Positions 28,886-41,862 of a DNA stretch of 64,000 nucleotides are shown here, piece by piece. The stretch is taken from NCBI GenBank assembly GCA_964632315.1, contig CAZWEM010000006.1:64593-128592 (forward strand), given 5' to 3'. How positions within the stretch are numbered: position 1 is the first letter of the stretch; each line of letters starts with the position of its first letter. Under the pieces are notes generated by a model that saw nothing but the letters and a program-made list of their open reading frames with translations, did not search any database and was not told the origin of the DNA. Origin of the DNA: an uncultured archaeon. Lineage in GTDB: Archaea > Asgardarchaeota > Lokiarchaeia > Sigyniarchaeales > SOKP01. Both the position numbers and the translations under genes were made by a program.

Positions 28886-30061
28886 GTGATAGTTTTGAAT
28901 AAGAAAATATGGATTATCGTCATAGTTATTATCATAATTACTGTAGGTTTTGGAATCTTTTTTTTCCTAAACATTCCTAATCTTATTTCATACTCATATT
29001 CATACGATTTAAAAACAGTCTTTCCAAACTTGTCGTTTTCCAGTCCAGTTGGATTATATGATCCGAATGATGGAACGAATCGGTTATTTGTGGTGCAACA
29101 AAACGGTCTAATTAAAGTATTCGAAAATAATGCAAATGTTACCGATGCTTCAACCTTTTTAGATATAAGTTCCGAAATCACCTATGGTGGGGAAAGAGGC
29201 TTATTAGGTTTGGCATTTCATCCAAATTATACTTCTAACGGATATTTTTATGTCGATTATACTGATACTTCGGGAGATACAATTATCTCACGATTTAACG
29301 TCGATGGCACTAATCCAAATACGGCTAATCAAACGAGCGAAGTTGAAATACTAAAAGTCAATCAACCTTACTCCAATCATAATGGAGGACAGATTGCTTT
29401 TGGACCCGATGGATATTTATATATTGGATTAGGAGATGGGGGGAGTGGGGGAGATCCTGAGGGTAATGGTCAAAATCGCCAAACTCTTCTTGGTTCTATA
29501 CTAAGAATAGATGTTGATTCTGGTTTGCCTTTTGCAGTTCCCACGGATAATCCTTTCTATGGAAATGTTAATGGATATGCTGAAGAACTTTTTGCTTTTG
29601 GATTCCGAAATCCTTGGAGATTTAGTTTTGATGCAATTACTGGAGATCTATGGGCTGGAGATGTTGGCCAGTCTCTTTGGGAAGAGATTGATATTGTCGA
29701 AAGTGGAAAAAATTATGGTTGGAATACAAGAGAGGGGGCACATGATTATGATCCTGGGACAAATACAACTACTGTAATAGATCCAATCTATGAGTACAGC
29801 CATTCGCTAGGAAATGCTATTACAGGTGGTTTTGTTTATAGAGGCAGCTCCTTAAGTAATTTAATAGGAAAATACTTGTATGCAGATTATGGATCGGGAA
29901 GAATTTGGGCATTAGAATTCCAAGATGGAACAGCGGTAAATAATACACTACTTTATGATGCCTCTTTCAGCATTCCTTCCTTTGGAGTGGATTCTAATAA
30001 CGAGTTATATATCTGTGCTTTTGACGGCAAAATATACCAATTATCAGAGAAAATTTCTTAA
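28886..30061 (+). CDS. PQQ-dependent glucose/sorbosone dehydrogenase-family protein
   Basis: GERGLLGLAFHP, NHNGGQIAFGPDGYLY..GDGG, GFRNPWR, NYGW. Confidence 0.92.
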   Translation: MIVLNKKIWIIVIVIIIITVGFGIFFFLNIPNLISYSYSYDLKTVFPNLSFSSPVGLYDPNDGTNRLFVVQQNGLIKVFENNANVTDASTFLDISSEITYGGERGLLGLAFHPNYTSNGYFYVDYTDTSGDTIISRFNVDGTNPNTANQTSEVEILKVNQPYSNHNGGQIAFGPDGYLYIGLGDGGSGGDPEGNGQNRQTLLGSILRIDVDSGLPFAVPTDNPFYGNVNGYAEELFAFGFRNPWRFSFDAITGDLWAGDVGQSLWEEIDIVESGKNYGWNTREGAHDYDPGTNTTTVIDPIYEYSHSLGNAITGGFVYRGSSLSNLIGKYLYADYGSGRIWALEFQDGTAVNNTLLYDASFSIPSFGVDSNNELYICAFDGKIYQLSEKIS

Positions 30062-30081
30062 TTTTTTTTATTTTTTTATAT

Positions 30082-30636
30082 TTAAGCTTTTTTATCCAAA
30101 TAAACGATTTCGGGTTCGATTTTCTCTCTCGAGATTTTTAAATATCCATATGAACTTACCACGGTAAACTTATTATCAATAGGAGACGTGGTACCTGGAT
30201 TAAAAAAGAGAATTCCATGTTGCTTTTCATTTTCAGGTCTATGAGTATGCCCAAAAATCACGAGATCATAATCAGAATTGAGTAAGTCTAGCTTTTTAAT
30301 CAACCGTTTAATGATCATGTTTGGACCACCCATTCCATGTAACATCAGTATTTTATGACCAAAGATTTCAAATTCTACTTTCTCTGGCAATTTTTTCTTA
30401 ATCTCTTGGTCGAAATCCATGTTTCCTCTCACTGCAATTACTTTATCCTTTCCAAATTCATCAATAAGTCTCTTGTAGACGTTGAATGTAGTAAAATCCC
30501 CTAAGTGGAATATATAGTCAACTTTTCTTTTTTTAAAATTTTTTATAACATCTTCTGGAAACTTGGATGTTCTGTGAGCTATGTGAGTATCCGAAAGGAG
30601 TCCTATTAATAACTCTTTTTTATCAGTTTTAATCAT
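30082..30636 (-). CDS. YfcE/Vps29-family metallophosphoesterase
   Basis: SDTH, HLGD, VRGNMD, HG, FGHTH, NPG. Confidence 0.9.
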   Translation of the reverse strand: MIKTDKKELLIGLLSDTHIAHRTSKFPEDVIKNFKKRKVDYIFHLGDFTTFNVYKRLIDEFGKDKVIAVRGNMDFDQEIKKKLPEKVEFEIFGHKILMLHGMGGPNMIIKRLIKKLDLLNSDYDLVIFGHTHRPENEKQHGILFFNPGTTSPIDNKFTVVSSYGYLKISREKIEPEIVYLDKKA

Positions 30637-30645
30637 TTAAAGCAC

Positions 30646-30669
30646 TAATCCTAAAAAAAGTTAGGATTA
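30646..30669. other. 9-bp inverted repeat between co-oriented genes
   Basis: TAATCCTAA-N6-TTAGGATTA. Confidence 0.45.
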
Positions 30670-30679
30670 ATTAAAATTT

Positions 30680-31567
30680 TTACTTTATAAAACCAGTAGC
30701 TTTTAAGCAATGGATGTGTTGCTCGATAAACCATTGGATGCCCCCCAGATTCTCTTTAGGTAACGATTTTGAATTTGGAATGATATTTTCCTGATATTTC
30801 TTGGTTACATAAAGGGGATCTGGATTTTCATTATACCATTTTATGATTGAATCTTTAGCAGTAAGGTATTTTTCTTTAACGTTTCCTACTAAGTTTTTAA
30901 AATCACTTCCAGTATAAACTCCGAAATGTGCTAGAGAAATCGATTCCAATTGATCTTTTATTCCATTTAACTTCTCATAGGTTTTAAATAAGGAGGCTTC
31001 ATCAAAATGAGGTCCGTACAAAACAGGCGTATACGTGTCTAAATCAATATGATCTATTATTGCATCTCCAACAACGATGTTTTTATTAGTAGTGTCAATA
31101 ATACCAATAGAATCTTGGGTATGGCCAAATAGTTCAATTATTTGTAATTCTAATCCATTTAAATCGATAATATCTTTTTCTTTTAAGGGTGTTACCCCAG
31201 TAATTGGTTCCACTGGATATTCAAAAAATGAATTTAACTCTTCTGGATTTTTTAATACATTTAAAGCGTTCTTATGGGCTAAAACCTCGATTTCTTTAGC
31301 TTCCAAGTACTTCAAGACCCTCGGAAGTGCTTGGATATGGTCCCAATGTGCATGAGTAAATAATATCTTTTGGATTGGAACTAATTTCAAGGCGTTAAGT
31401 TTTTTGGCTAACTTTCTTGCCCCCAATATTTCTCCAGTATCTATAAGCATTCGAGCTCCATCATGTTCAATCAAGTATAATGAAAGCGTTTTAGGCAACT
31501 TCATAAAATTCGCATCAATTAGATACGTGTTTTCATTAAATTTACCTTCTTCACTAATATGTCCCAT
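30680..31567 (-). CDS. Metallo-beta-lactamase-fold hydrolase
   Basis: LIDTG, THAHWDH, GHT, GDA, AHFG. Confidence 0.9.
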   Translation of the reverse strand: MGHISEEGKFNENTYLIDANFMKLPKTLSLYLIEHDGARMLIDTGEILGARKLAKKLNALKLVPIQKILFTHAHWDHIQALPRVLKYLEAKEIEVLAHKNALNVLKNPEELNSFFEYPVEPITGVTPLKEKDIIDLNGLELQIIELFGHTQDSIGIIDTTNKNIVVGDAIIDHIDLDTYTPVLYGPHFDEASLFKTYEKLNGIKDQLESISLAHFGVYTGSDFKNLVGNVKEKYLTAKDSIIKWYNENPDPLYVTKKYQENIIPNSKSLPKENLGGIQWFIEQHIHCLKATGFIK

Positions 31568-31818
31568 TTTAATCTCTCTTAAGAATATGGTTATAAAACA
31601 ATTAGATGCTACAATATAAAAAGGTGTTGATTCTAAATTCTTTTTTTTCTTACGCCTTCATCGAAAAAAATAATTTAAAATTTGATTTTTTATCATAGGT
31701 AATTCATTCTCATAAGGTTCGTTGCTTCGTTCCTAGTTTCGAGTCAAATACTAAAAATAGAAGGTTAGCTCTATCTAAATTAATAAAAAGTAAAAATAAA
31801 TCAAAAGAGGAGTATAGC

Positions 31819-32094
31819 ATGACTGAAAGTTTAACTGGAAAATATTATAAGAATTTATTTCGTAAAAATCCCATCATATACCTTGCGATAATTGGAAGCA
31901 TTTTAGGAGGAGCTATATCTATTTACCAATTTATAAACATCTCAATGATTACTGGGAGCTGGTATTCATGGTGGTGGATTCCGCTTAGTGTTCTATTTAT
32001 TGGTCCCGTAGGAGTGATATTTTTCGCGATAATTTTACCAATTATCCCTTGGATAATCTATATTTTTTTTCGAATTTTGATTGAATTTAACTGA
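31819..32094 (+). CDS. Small membrane protein
   Basis: Hydrophobic 91-aa ORF preceded by GAGGAG. Confidence 0.6.
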   Translation: MTESLTGKYYKNLFRKNPIIYLAIIGSILGGAISIYQFINISMITGSWYSWWWIPLSVLFIGPVGVIFFAIILPIIPWIIYIFFRILIEFN

Positions 32095-32179
32095 AAACAG
32101 TTGTATTTAGTCAATTTCTTTCTTTTATTTCTCATTATTAACTAAAATGATTTTATAAGAAGATGAATTATTATAAATC

Positions 32180-32536
32180 ATGCTAAAAAAACATTATACA
32201 GATGTTGAGAATAAAGAAGCAACATTACTTGATGGAAGTCCCGTTCCAAATGTTCATGTCAGGTGGCTTGTCGATAAAAATGATGGAGCAAAAAATTATG
32301 CAATGAGACGTTTTGAAATTAAACACAATGGTGAAGTCCCTCTTCATTCACATCCAGAAGATCACGAGATATACGTGCTACATGGAAGAGGAAAGTTCAT
32401 AAATGATCAAGGTAAGGAAGAAAGTGGAGAACCAGGTGACATTTTTTATATTCCACCTTCAGAAAAGCACGCCATTCTAAATGTAGGGAATGAGGATTTT
32501 GTATTTTTATGCATTATTCCCTATTTGAATAAATAA
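32180..32536 (+). CDS. Cupin-domain protein
   Basis: AMRRFEI...PLHSHPEDHEIYVL.G...GD..YIP..EKH. Confidence 0.9.
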   Translation: MLKKHYTDVENKEATLLDGSPVPNVHVRWLVDKNDGAKNYAMRRFEIKHNGEVPLHSHPEDHEIYVLHGRGKFINDQGKEESGEPGDIFYIPPSEKHAILNVGNEDFVFLCIIPYLNK

Positions 32537-32538
32537 AA

Positions 32539-34980
32539 TTAATCTTCTTCCTTAGAACACTTACCAATTGCGACTACAGAGTCATTTTCGTATAATTTAA
32601 TTACTCTCACTCCTTTAGCCTTTCGGTGGGTGATCCGAATAGAATCCACTGGAACCCGAATAACTTGTCCTTGTTCTGTACCAACTAAAATATCCATGTG
32701 ATGAGCTATCCTGGAAGCTATGACTTCATCTTCTATTTCTTCATTTAGACTTATGTTTTTTACTCCTTTTGCAGCTCTACCCGTCTTTCGATATTCTTTG
32801 ACGTACACTCGTTGGCCATATCCACCTTTTGTTAAGGTTAGAATGATAGTATCATCAGTCACGAGTAAAGTATCAATGACCTCATCACCTTCTCTCAATT
32901 CTACTCCCTTTACGCCCATGGAAGTTTTTCCAAGTTCTCGTAGCTCAGATTCATCGAATCGAACTGCATATCCCAATTTGGTTGCGATAAAAATGTCTTG
33001 CAATTCATTAGAAAGCCTTTTAACACTAACTAATTGATCATCTGGTTTTATTCTCTGAGCTCTTACCCCTGTACTCCTAAATTTTGAAAATAATTTCAGT
33101 GGTGTTTTTTTAATTATTCCATTTTTAGTTGTCATTATAAGCATTTCATTTGTATTAAAATTATTAATCGGAATCATTGCAGCAACATTTTCTCCATCTT
33201 GTAGTGGCAGAAAGTTAATGATCGGTTTTCCTCGTGCTGTCCGTTTTTGTAACGGCAACTCAAAGCATTTTAAAGAATATACTCTTCCTTGGGATGTAAA
33301 GACCAATATAGTATCGTGCGTTGTCCCTACGAACAAATCGTCAATAAGATCCTCTTCCCTTATAGTCATCCCTTTTTTTCCTCTGCCTCCTCTTCTTTGG
33401 GCTTCATATTCTTGTAATGAAATCCTCTTTATATATTGATTCTTCGTGAAAATTACAATAGTGGGCTCCTTTTTAATTAAATCTTTTCTATTTATCTCTT
33501 TTAAGGAAGGATCTTCCACCATTTCAATCTTAGTCCTTCTATCATCTCCAAATTTTTCGCTAAGCTCCTTTAATTCATCTTTTATTATATTCAATCGCAA
33601 AGACTTGTTTTTTAATATTTTCTTATATCCTTTAATGCTAGACTCAAGAGAATCTTTTTCATCTACTAGCTTTTGTTGCTCTAAATTAGTTAACCGAGAA
33701 AGGGGCATGCTTAAGATGGATTGAACTTGGACATCACTTAAGTTATACGTGGTTTTTAACTTTTCTTTTGCCTCATTGGTATCTTTTGAAGCTTTAATAA
33801 GATTTACAACATTATCAATATCATTTAACGCTATGAGAAGCCCTTCAACCTTATGTAATCGTTCTTGAGCTTTTTTTAAGTCGTACTCGGTTCGTCTTTT
33901 AATGATAGTTAAACGGTGTTCAACGTATTCATTAATTAATTCTTTTAAATTAAGAATTTTAGGTTGTTTACCGTTATTTATCAGAACCAAATTAGTAGTA
34001 TTAAAACTACTTAAAAGTCGGGTTCTTTTAAAGAGAATGTTCTTAATTATCACTGGTTGAGCATTTGAAGTTAATTCGATCACTATTCGCATCCCTGATC
34101 TGTCAGATTCGTCTCTTAGATCCCTGACATCCTTAAGAACACCATCCCTGATCAGTTTTGCAATCGATTCTATGAGAGTAGTCTTGTTAATCAAGTATGG
34201 TATTTCAGTTATTATTAAGCTAGTCTTATCTCCTTTAGTTTCAGTTTCAATTTTACCTTTCAATGAAATTGAGCCAATTCCAGTGGAAAATGCATTGTAG
34301 ATCCCATTTGAATCGGTTATGATTCCTCCAGTTGGAAAATCGGGCCCCTTTATTATCTCCATTAATTCCTCTATAGAAATTTCAGGATCATCAATAGTCG
34401 CAATGATCCCGGCGCACACTTCTCTTAGATTATGAGGAGGCATGGACGTAGCCATTCCAACAGCAATACCCTTGGTTCCATTTACTAAAATGTTCGGAAG
34501 CTTAGAGGGTAAATATACTGGTTCTACGGTTGTCCCGTCAAAATTTGGGATGAAATCAACGGTTTCTTTGTTAAGATCATCGATTAATTCATTTGTTATA
34601 GCTGCGAGCCTTGCTTCTGTATAACGATAAGCTGCTGGAGGGTCGCCATCAATCGAGCCAAAATTTCCTTGTGGATCGATCAACATGTATCTCAATGAAA
34701 AATCTTGGCCCATCCGAACAAGTGAGTTATATACCGCCATATCTCCATGCGGATGAAAGTTTCCCAGAACTTCTCCAACAATTTTAGCACATTTTACATG
34801 AGGTCCGTTATAAAACCAGTTATTTGTTACCATTGCATAGATAATACGCTTGTGGACAACTTTCAATCCGTCCCTCACATCTGGAATCGCTCGTCCTACT
34901 ATCGTAGACATGGCATAATCAATATAACTTGATTTTAAGCGATCCTTTAATACAATATCTTCAATCTGCTCAGTAGTCAA
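32539..34980 (-). CDS. gyrA: DNA gyrase subunit A
   Basis: SYIDYAMS..RAIPDVRDGLK, HPHGD, AAYRYTEARL (catalytic Tyr), GyrA box QRRGGRG, beta-pinwheel repeats. Confidence 0.98.
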   Translation of the reverse strand: MTTEQIEDIVLKDRLKSSYIDYAMSTIVGRAIPDVRDGLKVVHKRIIYAMVTNNWFYNGPHVKCAKIVGEVLGNFHPHGDMAVYNSLVRMGQDFSLRYMLIDPQGNFGSIDGDPPAAYRYTEARLAAITNELIDDLNKETVDFIPNFDGTTVEPVYLPSKLPNILVNGTKGIAVGMATSMPPHNLREVCAGIIATIDDPEISIEELMEIIKGPDFPTGGIITDSNGIYNAFSTGIGSISLKGKIETETKGDKTSLIITEIPYLINKTTLIESIAKLIRDGVLKDVRDLRDESDRSGMRIVIELTSNAQPVIIKNILFKRTRLLSSFNTTNLVLINNGKQPKILNLKELINEYVEHRLTIIKRRTEYDLKKAQERLHKVEGLLIALNDIDNVVNLIKASKDTNEAKEKLKTTYNLSDVQVQSILSMPLSRLTNLEQQKLVDEKDSLESSIKGYKKILKNKSLRLNIIKDELKELSEKFGDDRRTKIEMVEDPSLKEINRKDLIKKEPTIVIFTKNQYIKRISLQEYEAQRRGGRGKKGMTIREEDLIDDLFVGTTHDTILVFTSQGRVYSLKCFELPLQKRTARGKPIINFLPLQDGENVAAMIPINNFNTNEMLIMTTKNGIIKKTPLKLFSKFRSTGVRAQRIKPDDQLVSVKRLSNELQDIFIATKLGYAVRFDESELRELGKTSMGVKGVELREGDEVIDTLLVTDDTIILTLTKGGYGQRVYVKEYRKTGRAAKGVKNISLNEEIEDEVIASRIAHHMDILVGTEQGQVIRVPVDSIRITHRKAKGVRVIKLYENDSVVAIGKCSKEED

Positions 34981-35010
34981 TTCATTACCTCATTAAAAGA
35001 TTGATTAAAA

Positions 35011-37053
<2,043 letters not shown>

Positions 37054-37506
37054 GAGAATCCGAATTTATGAGTAATTGTAAAGGTAAACTTATCAGTTCT
37101 AAAATGAACTAATTTGATAATTTAACAAATTACATATAATAAATGTGATTACGGTATTTTAAATGTTAGTATAGATGAAGACATTTCAAAATTCGTTTTA
37201 GAATGAGGAAATGAATTGGTTTTTAAAAACCTGATTTAAATTTCAAGCAAAAAATGATGGCTATATTAAATTTTGAAAATTTTGTCATTTAGAGCCCTAT
37301 TTTCAAGGATTTTGGATCCTTGGTTTTCGGAATCCATAAGTTCTTTTGTTCCATAAGATGCATCAGATTCTATAACTTGTCTATTTCAGCTGCTTGTAGA
37401 CACCTCTGGAAGACATGAATTGATCTAAGAAGTTTATAATAAAGGAAAAAGCTTAAAAATTTGAATTTTTATGTATTGAAACCTTTTAAATTTACAGTAA
37501 GTAAAC

Positions 37507-38367
37507 TCAGCTTTGGCGTATTAATTTAGCCATAGTCAGGATTTCTTGTAGTTGAGAAGTTACATCGTGAGTACGAATTATATGTGCTCCATTATAAACT
37601 GCAATAGTAGTGGCTGCTAGGGTTCCATTGAGTCTATCTTTAGGATCAGGCTTGTTTAAGGCAGTACCTATAAAGGATTTGCGAGAGATTGCCATAAGTA
37701 TTGGTCTTTTCAACTTACGTAATGTTGATAACTCATTAATTATTTTCAGATCATACTCGTGGGTCTTTTGCTTTATCCAATGCCCAATACCGGGATCCAA
37801 AATTATTTTTTTAGTATCGTAACCATTATTTTTTAAAGAAAGAATGGTTTTTTTAAATTCTCGAGCGATCTCATCAATCATAAGGAGATCTCCAGGAACT
37901 TTCTTGGAGGCCATTAAAATTATGGGTAAATCATGCTCAATCAAGAAAGTTGCTAATCTAGGATCTGTTTTTAAACAGCTTACGTCATTAAGAATGATCT
38001 TTTTATTATACTTTTTCGAAATTTCATAAGCTTTAGATGCAACTGCTTCAAATTGAGTATCAATGGATACGAGAACATTATTAGGAATGATGTTGCAAAT
38101 TGTTTTCATAGCAGGAATGAGCCTCTCAATCTCTTCATCAATTGAAATCTTTTTAGACCAAGGAGCCGTGGATCGAGCACCTAAATCTAGAATTTTTGCC
38201 CCATTCTTTATCATGTGAATTGTCGCATTTTCCAATTGCTCTTTTTCTTCATAAACGGAACCACTATAGAACGATTCAGGACTTAAGTTTAATACGCCCA
38301 TTATAACTACTGGAAAATCGTCACCTACTTCGAAAAAGTCATAATATTGGGCATTGATTTTTTCCAT
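37507..38367 (-). CDS. folP: Dihydropteroate synthase
   Basis: IMGVLNLSPESF, LDLGARST.P, SIDT, NDVS, DPGIG, SRKSFIG, IIRTHDV. Confidence 0.93.
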   Translation of the reverse strand: MEKINAQYYDFFEVGDDFPVVIMGVLNLSPESFYSGSVYEEKEQLENATIHMIKNGAKILDLGARSTAPWSKKISIDEEIERLIPAMKTICNIIPNNVLVSIDTQFEAVASKAYEISKKYNKKIILNDVSCLKTDPRLATFLIEHDLPIILMASKKVPGDLLMIDEIAREFKKTILSLKNNGYDTKKIILDPGIGHWIKQKTHEYDLKIINELSTLRKLKRPILMAISRKSFIGTALNKPDPKDRLNGTLAATTIAVYNGAHIIRTHDVTSQLQEILTMAKLIRQS

Positions 38368-38512
38368 TGTTATCAGTATTGTAAAAAGGATATATCAAAT
38401 AAGTTTAATCAATTCATAGTTGCTAAAACCAGCTTCGGAATGTTCACTGATAAAATATATGGATCTTGTTTATAAAATCTGAAAAACAAATGATTACTGG
38501 TGAAGGATTTAG

Positions 38513-39181
38513 ATGAATGAACAAGAGAAAGAAATTAAAAATAGGTTAGCGTGGAATAATGAAATTGATGAATCTCAAATTGATGTGTCTGTAACCGATG
38601 GCATTGCAACGTTAAAGGGTTGTGTATCTACATATCCAGAAAAAGTTTTAGCTGAAATTGAATCAAGCATGGTACAAGGAATAGATACAGTTAATAACGA
38701 GATTGAAGTAACTTCCTCTGAAAAAGAAGGGGAACAATCTGATACGGATGTTGAAGAAGCTATGTATTGTCTATTAGATGCCAACTCAGAAATAAATCCT
38801 AATGATGTTAAAGTTTTTGTCAAAGATGGGATCATCTCACTGGAGGGAAAAGTAAATTCCTTATGGAAACGAAACACAATCATGAAAATGGCTTCTCAGA
38901 TTAAAGGTGTAAATTCAATCAAAAATAAAATATTAGTCAGATCATCAAAAAAAATTTCAGATGATAAAATTCGTGATCTTATTAGCGAATCGTTAAGAAA
39001 CTCGGTGCGTATAGATTCTGAAAATGTCAAGTTAAAAGTTAAGGATGGGGTAGTTACCGTATCTGGAGTTGTTTCAGCTTTTGTGGAATATGAAGCGATT
39101 ATTGATATTATTATCTCTACTAATGGAGTAACTGAAATTGAAAATCAGTTAAAATGGATTCATCAATATGATACCGCATGA
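38513..39181 (+). CDS. BON-domain protein (three BON repeats)
   Basis: Three repeats of V.V.DG..(T/S)L.G.V ... G(V/I)..(V/I).N. Confidence 0.88.
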   Translation: MNEQEKEIKNRLAWNNEIDESQIDVSVTDGIATLKGCVSTYPEKVLAEIESSMVQGIDTVNNEIEVTSSEKEGEQSDTDVEEAMYCLLDANSEINPNDVKVFVKDGIISLEGKVNSLWKRNTIMKMASQIKGVNSIKNKILVRSSKKISDDKIRDLISESLRNSVRIDSENVKLKVKDGVVTVSGVVSAFVEYEAIIDIIISTNGVTEIENQLKWIHQYDTA

Positions 39182-39272
39182 TAAATTTGATTCCTATAAT
39201 TTTTAAGTTTAAAATTTAATAAGCTAATTTGCATCTAATGAAAGTGTAAAACTTGAAATTAAGTGATACTAA

Positions 39273-39668
39273 ATGGTCGATTTAAATGAAGTATTCCAAT
39301 CTGCTGATTGGAAGAAGGAAAAACATGTTCCAGTAATTGATGTTATAGGAGAATGCGCAAGCGGAAAACCAATAGAAGTGAAATTAACTGTCGGAAAAGA
39401 AATTAGTCATCCAAATACGACTGAACATCACATTGGATGGATTGATCTATATTTTTTACCAGATGGAGGAAAATTTCCTTATCAGATTGGTAAAACGGTA
39501 TTTAAGTCACATGGTGCATCTGTAGATGGCCCAAATACAAGTACCGTTTATTGTGATCCAACAACGATTATGCATTTTAAAACAGAGAAATCGGGAACCC
39601 TATTCGCTACATCCTATTGTAATATTCATGGGCTATGGCAAAACTCATTAAAATTAACGTTAAAATAG
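39273..39668 (+). CDS. sor: Superoxide reductase (neelaredoxin type)
   Basis: EKHVP, HPNTTEHHI.WI, YCNIHGLW. Confidence 0.95.
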   Translation: MVDLNEVFQSADWKKEKHVPVIDVIGECASGKPIEVKLTVGKEISHPNTTEHHIGWIDLYFLPDGGKFPYQIGKTVFKSHGASVDGPNTSTVYCDPTTIMHFKTEKSGTLFATSYCNIHGLWQNSLKLTLK

Positions 39669-39782
39669 TTAATTTTTATTTTTTCATTTTTTTATGATCA
39701 ACTAACAGCTTGATTATTGCAGTTAAAGAAAGTAACTTACGAAAAATTAGGAAGTTATCCATAAAAATTAGAATTTATAAAG

Positions 39783-40751
39783 GTGATGTGTCTGGATGAG
39801 TTAAAACCAAAAGTTTCGATAATAGGAGCTGGAAATGTGGGAGTAAGATACGCTTATGCTTCGATTATTAATGGTTTAGCGCGAAAAATTGTATTAGTAG
39901 ATGTAAATAAAGAAAGATTGATGGGAGAAGTGATGGATCTGTCCCATGGAATGCCTTATATACCACCAGTAGATATAGTAGCAGGAGAGTATGAGGATAT
40001 CTATGATTCAGATTTGGTTGTAGTCACTGCTGGGAGAAATCAATCACCAGGAGAAACAAGACTGGATCTCGTTAATAAAAATGTTGAATTGTTTAAACTG
40101 ATTATTCCTGAAATTATGAATGTTGCACCAGATTCCATCTTATTAATTGTTTCTAATCCAGTCGATATTTTATCTTATGTATCTTATAAGTTGTCAAAAA
40201 AACCTTCAGATGAGGTAATGGGTTCAGGAACGACTCTTGATACCGCGAGATTTCGATTTCTGTTAGGAAAACACTGTGATATAAATACCAGAAATGTTCA
40301 TGCTTACATTTTAGGGGAGCATGGTGATAGTGAGTTTCCTATTTGGAGCAGTGCAATGATTGGAGGCATGTTAATAAAGGATTATTGCCAAACCTGTAGT
40401 AAGCGGGATAAGTGTAATAAAGAAGAAACGTTAAAAGAGGTGTTCAAAGAAGTCAAGGAATCCGCATATAAAATTATAGAAAAAAAAGGAGAAACTTCAT
40501 ATGGTATTGGTTTAACATTAGCAAGAATTACACGAGCAATTTTAAATGATGAAAACACTATTTTACCAGTTTCAACGCTTATTAATAACATTTATGGAGT
40601 AGATGATTTATATTTGAGTCTGCCCTGCATTATTAATAAGAATGGTATTAAAAAAAAGCTTGAGATTGAACTAAATGAAGAAGAAGAGAACTCATTTAGA
40701 AAATCTGCTAATACTATTAAAGAAATTATAGAGAAAATTCAAATTGACTAA
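39783..40751 (+). CDS. ldh: L-lactate dehydrogenase
   Basis: GAGNVG, AG..Q.PGETRLDL, NPVD, GT.LDTARF, GEHGDS, KGETSYGIG. Confidence 0.93.
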   Translation: MMCLDELKPKVSIIGAGNVGVRYAYASIINGLARKIVLVDVNKERLMGEVMDLSHGMPYIPPVDIVAGEYEDIYDSDLVVVTAGRNQSPGETRLDLVNKNVELFKLIIPEIMNVAPDSILLIVSNPVDILSYVSYKLSKKPSDEVMGSGTTLDTARFRFLLGKHCDINTRNVHAYILGEHGDSEFPIWSSAMIGGMLIKDYCQTCSKRDKCNKEETLKEVFKEVKESAYKIIEKKGETSYGIGLTLARITRAILNDENTILPVSTLINNIYGVDDLYLSLPCIINKNGIKKKLEIELNEEEENSFRKSANTIKEIIEKIQID

Positions 40752-40871
40752 TAATATTAATATTTTTAACAGTTATACACATACATTTGTACCAAAATAA
40801 AGCAAGATATGTACCTTTAAACAGTAGATATAAACAAAGTATATCAAATAGGGCAAATTTTCTAATTTAAT

Positions 40872-41660
40872 ATGGAGTTAATTGCTTTAAAACTACCTTT
40901 AATCAAGAAAAATGACCCTCTTCTAAAGATAATATTTGAGGAAATTAATAAGAAATTAGAGAAATTAGAAGAAGGAGATATTGTCGTTGTTGCAGAAAAA
41001 ATCATCGCAACCTCTCAAGGTAGAGTCGTAAATTTAAATGAAGTAAAGGAGATTTCACAAAAGGCAAGGAAATTAGCTAATAAGTATGACATGGATGAGA
41101 GATACGTTGCATTAATCTTGAGAGAGGCTTCTATGATAATAGGGGGAATGCATCACGTGATTCTATCTAAAGTTGACGATTTTCTAATAGCTAATTCGGG
41201 TATTGATCAATCAAATGCTGGACCTAATAGCGTTGTGCTATTACCAAAAGATCTGAAAAAAACTGCTAGGGAATATCGTGAATATTTTTGTAAAAATTTT
41301 TCGCTCGACAAGCTCGGAGTTATTATTTCTGATTCTAGAGTTCAACCATTAAGAAAGGGTACAATAGGGATCGCGATAGCAACAGCAGGTTTTGAGCCTA
41401 TTGAGGATCTGCGTGGTCAGCCGGATTTATTTGGTCGTCCTCTTGAAATTACCATGCGGGCAATAGCAGATGATTTAGCTAGTGCGGCCCAGATCTTACT
41501 AAGCGAATCTAATCAAAGAAATCCAGTCGTTATAATTAGGGGAGCAGAAGTAGAGTTTACTGAAAATCCTTTATTTACACCTGAAATGGCTCCAGAAGAA
41601 TGTCTTTACATGAATATTTTCGCAAAATATTTGCAAGGAAAAATAAATCGACCTAAATAA
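40872..41660 (+). CDS. cofE: Coenzyme F420-0:L-glutamate ligase family
   Basis: GDIVVVAEKI, ANSGIDQSN, GVIISDS, D.RG..DLFGR.L..T..AIAD.LA. Confidence 0.88.
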   Translation: MELIALKLPLIKKNDPLLKIIFEEINKKLEKLEEGDIVVVAEKIIATSQGRVVNLNEVKEISQKARKLANKYDMDERYVALILREASMIIGGMHHVILSKVDDFLIANSGIDQSNAGPNSVVLLPKDLKKTAREYREYFCKNFSLDKLGVIISDSRVQPLRKGTIGIAIATAGFEPIEDLRGQPDLFGRPLEITMRAIADDLASAAQILLSESNQRNPVVIIRGAEVEFTENPLFTPEMAPEECLYMNIFAKYLQGKINRPK

Positions 41661-41862
41661 GCAATTTTTTGACTTCTAAGCCACTTTCAAGAAATGAAAC
41701 ATTTAGGTATTTGAATTCGCTTTAATACCCACTCTTTTGGGATTTTTTATTCGTTGGAATGAATAGAAATGTTTAAATACTTGATAAGTTTTTAAAGAAA
41801 CTTAGAGACTAATAATAAAATTAATCTCTAAAATAATAAAAAGAAGAAAAGATGTAGAGAAG

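Noticed and set aside
30082-30636. Retromer Vps29 ortholog
   Set aside because: Retains a full metal-binding set typical of ordinary YfcE-type phosphoesterases; cannot be distinguished without phylogeny
37240-37420. Possible ncRNA or leader peptide between folP and gyrB
   Set aside because: Only very short ORFs and no convincing structure seen
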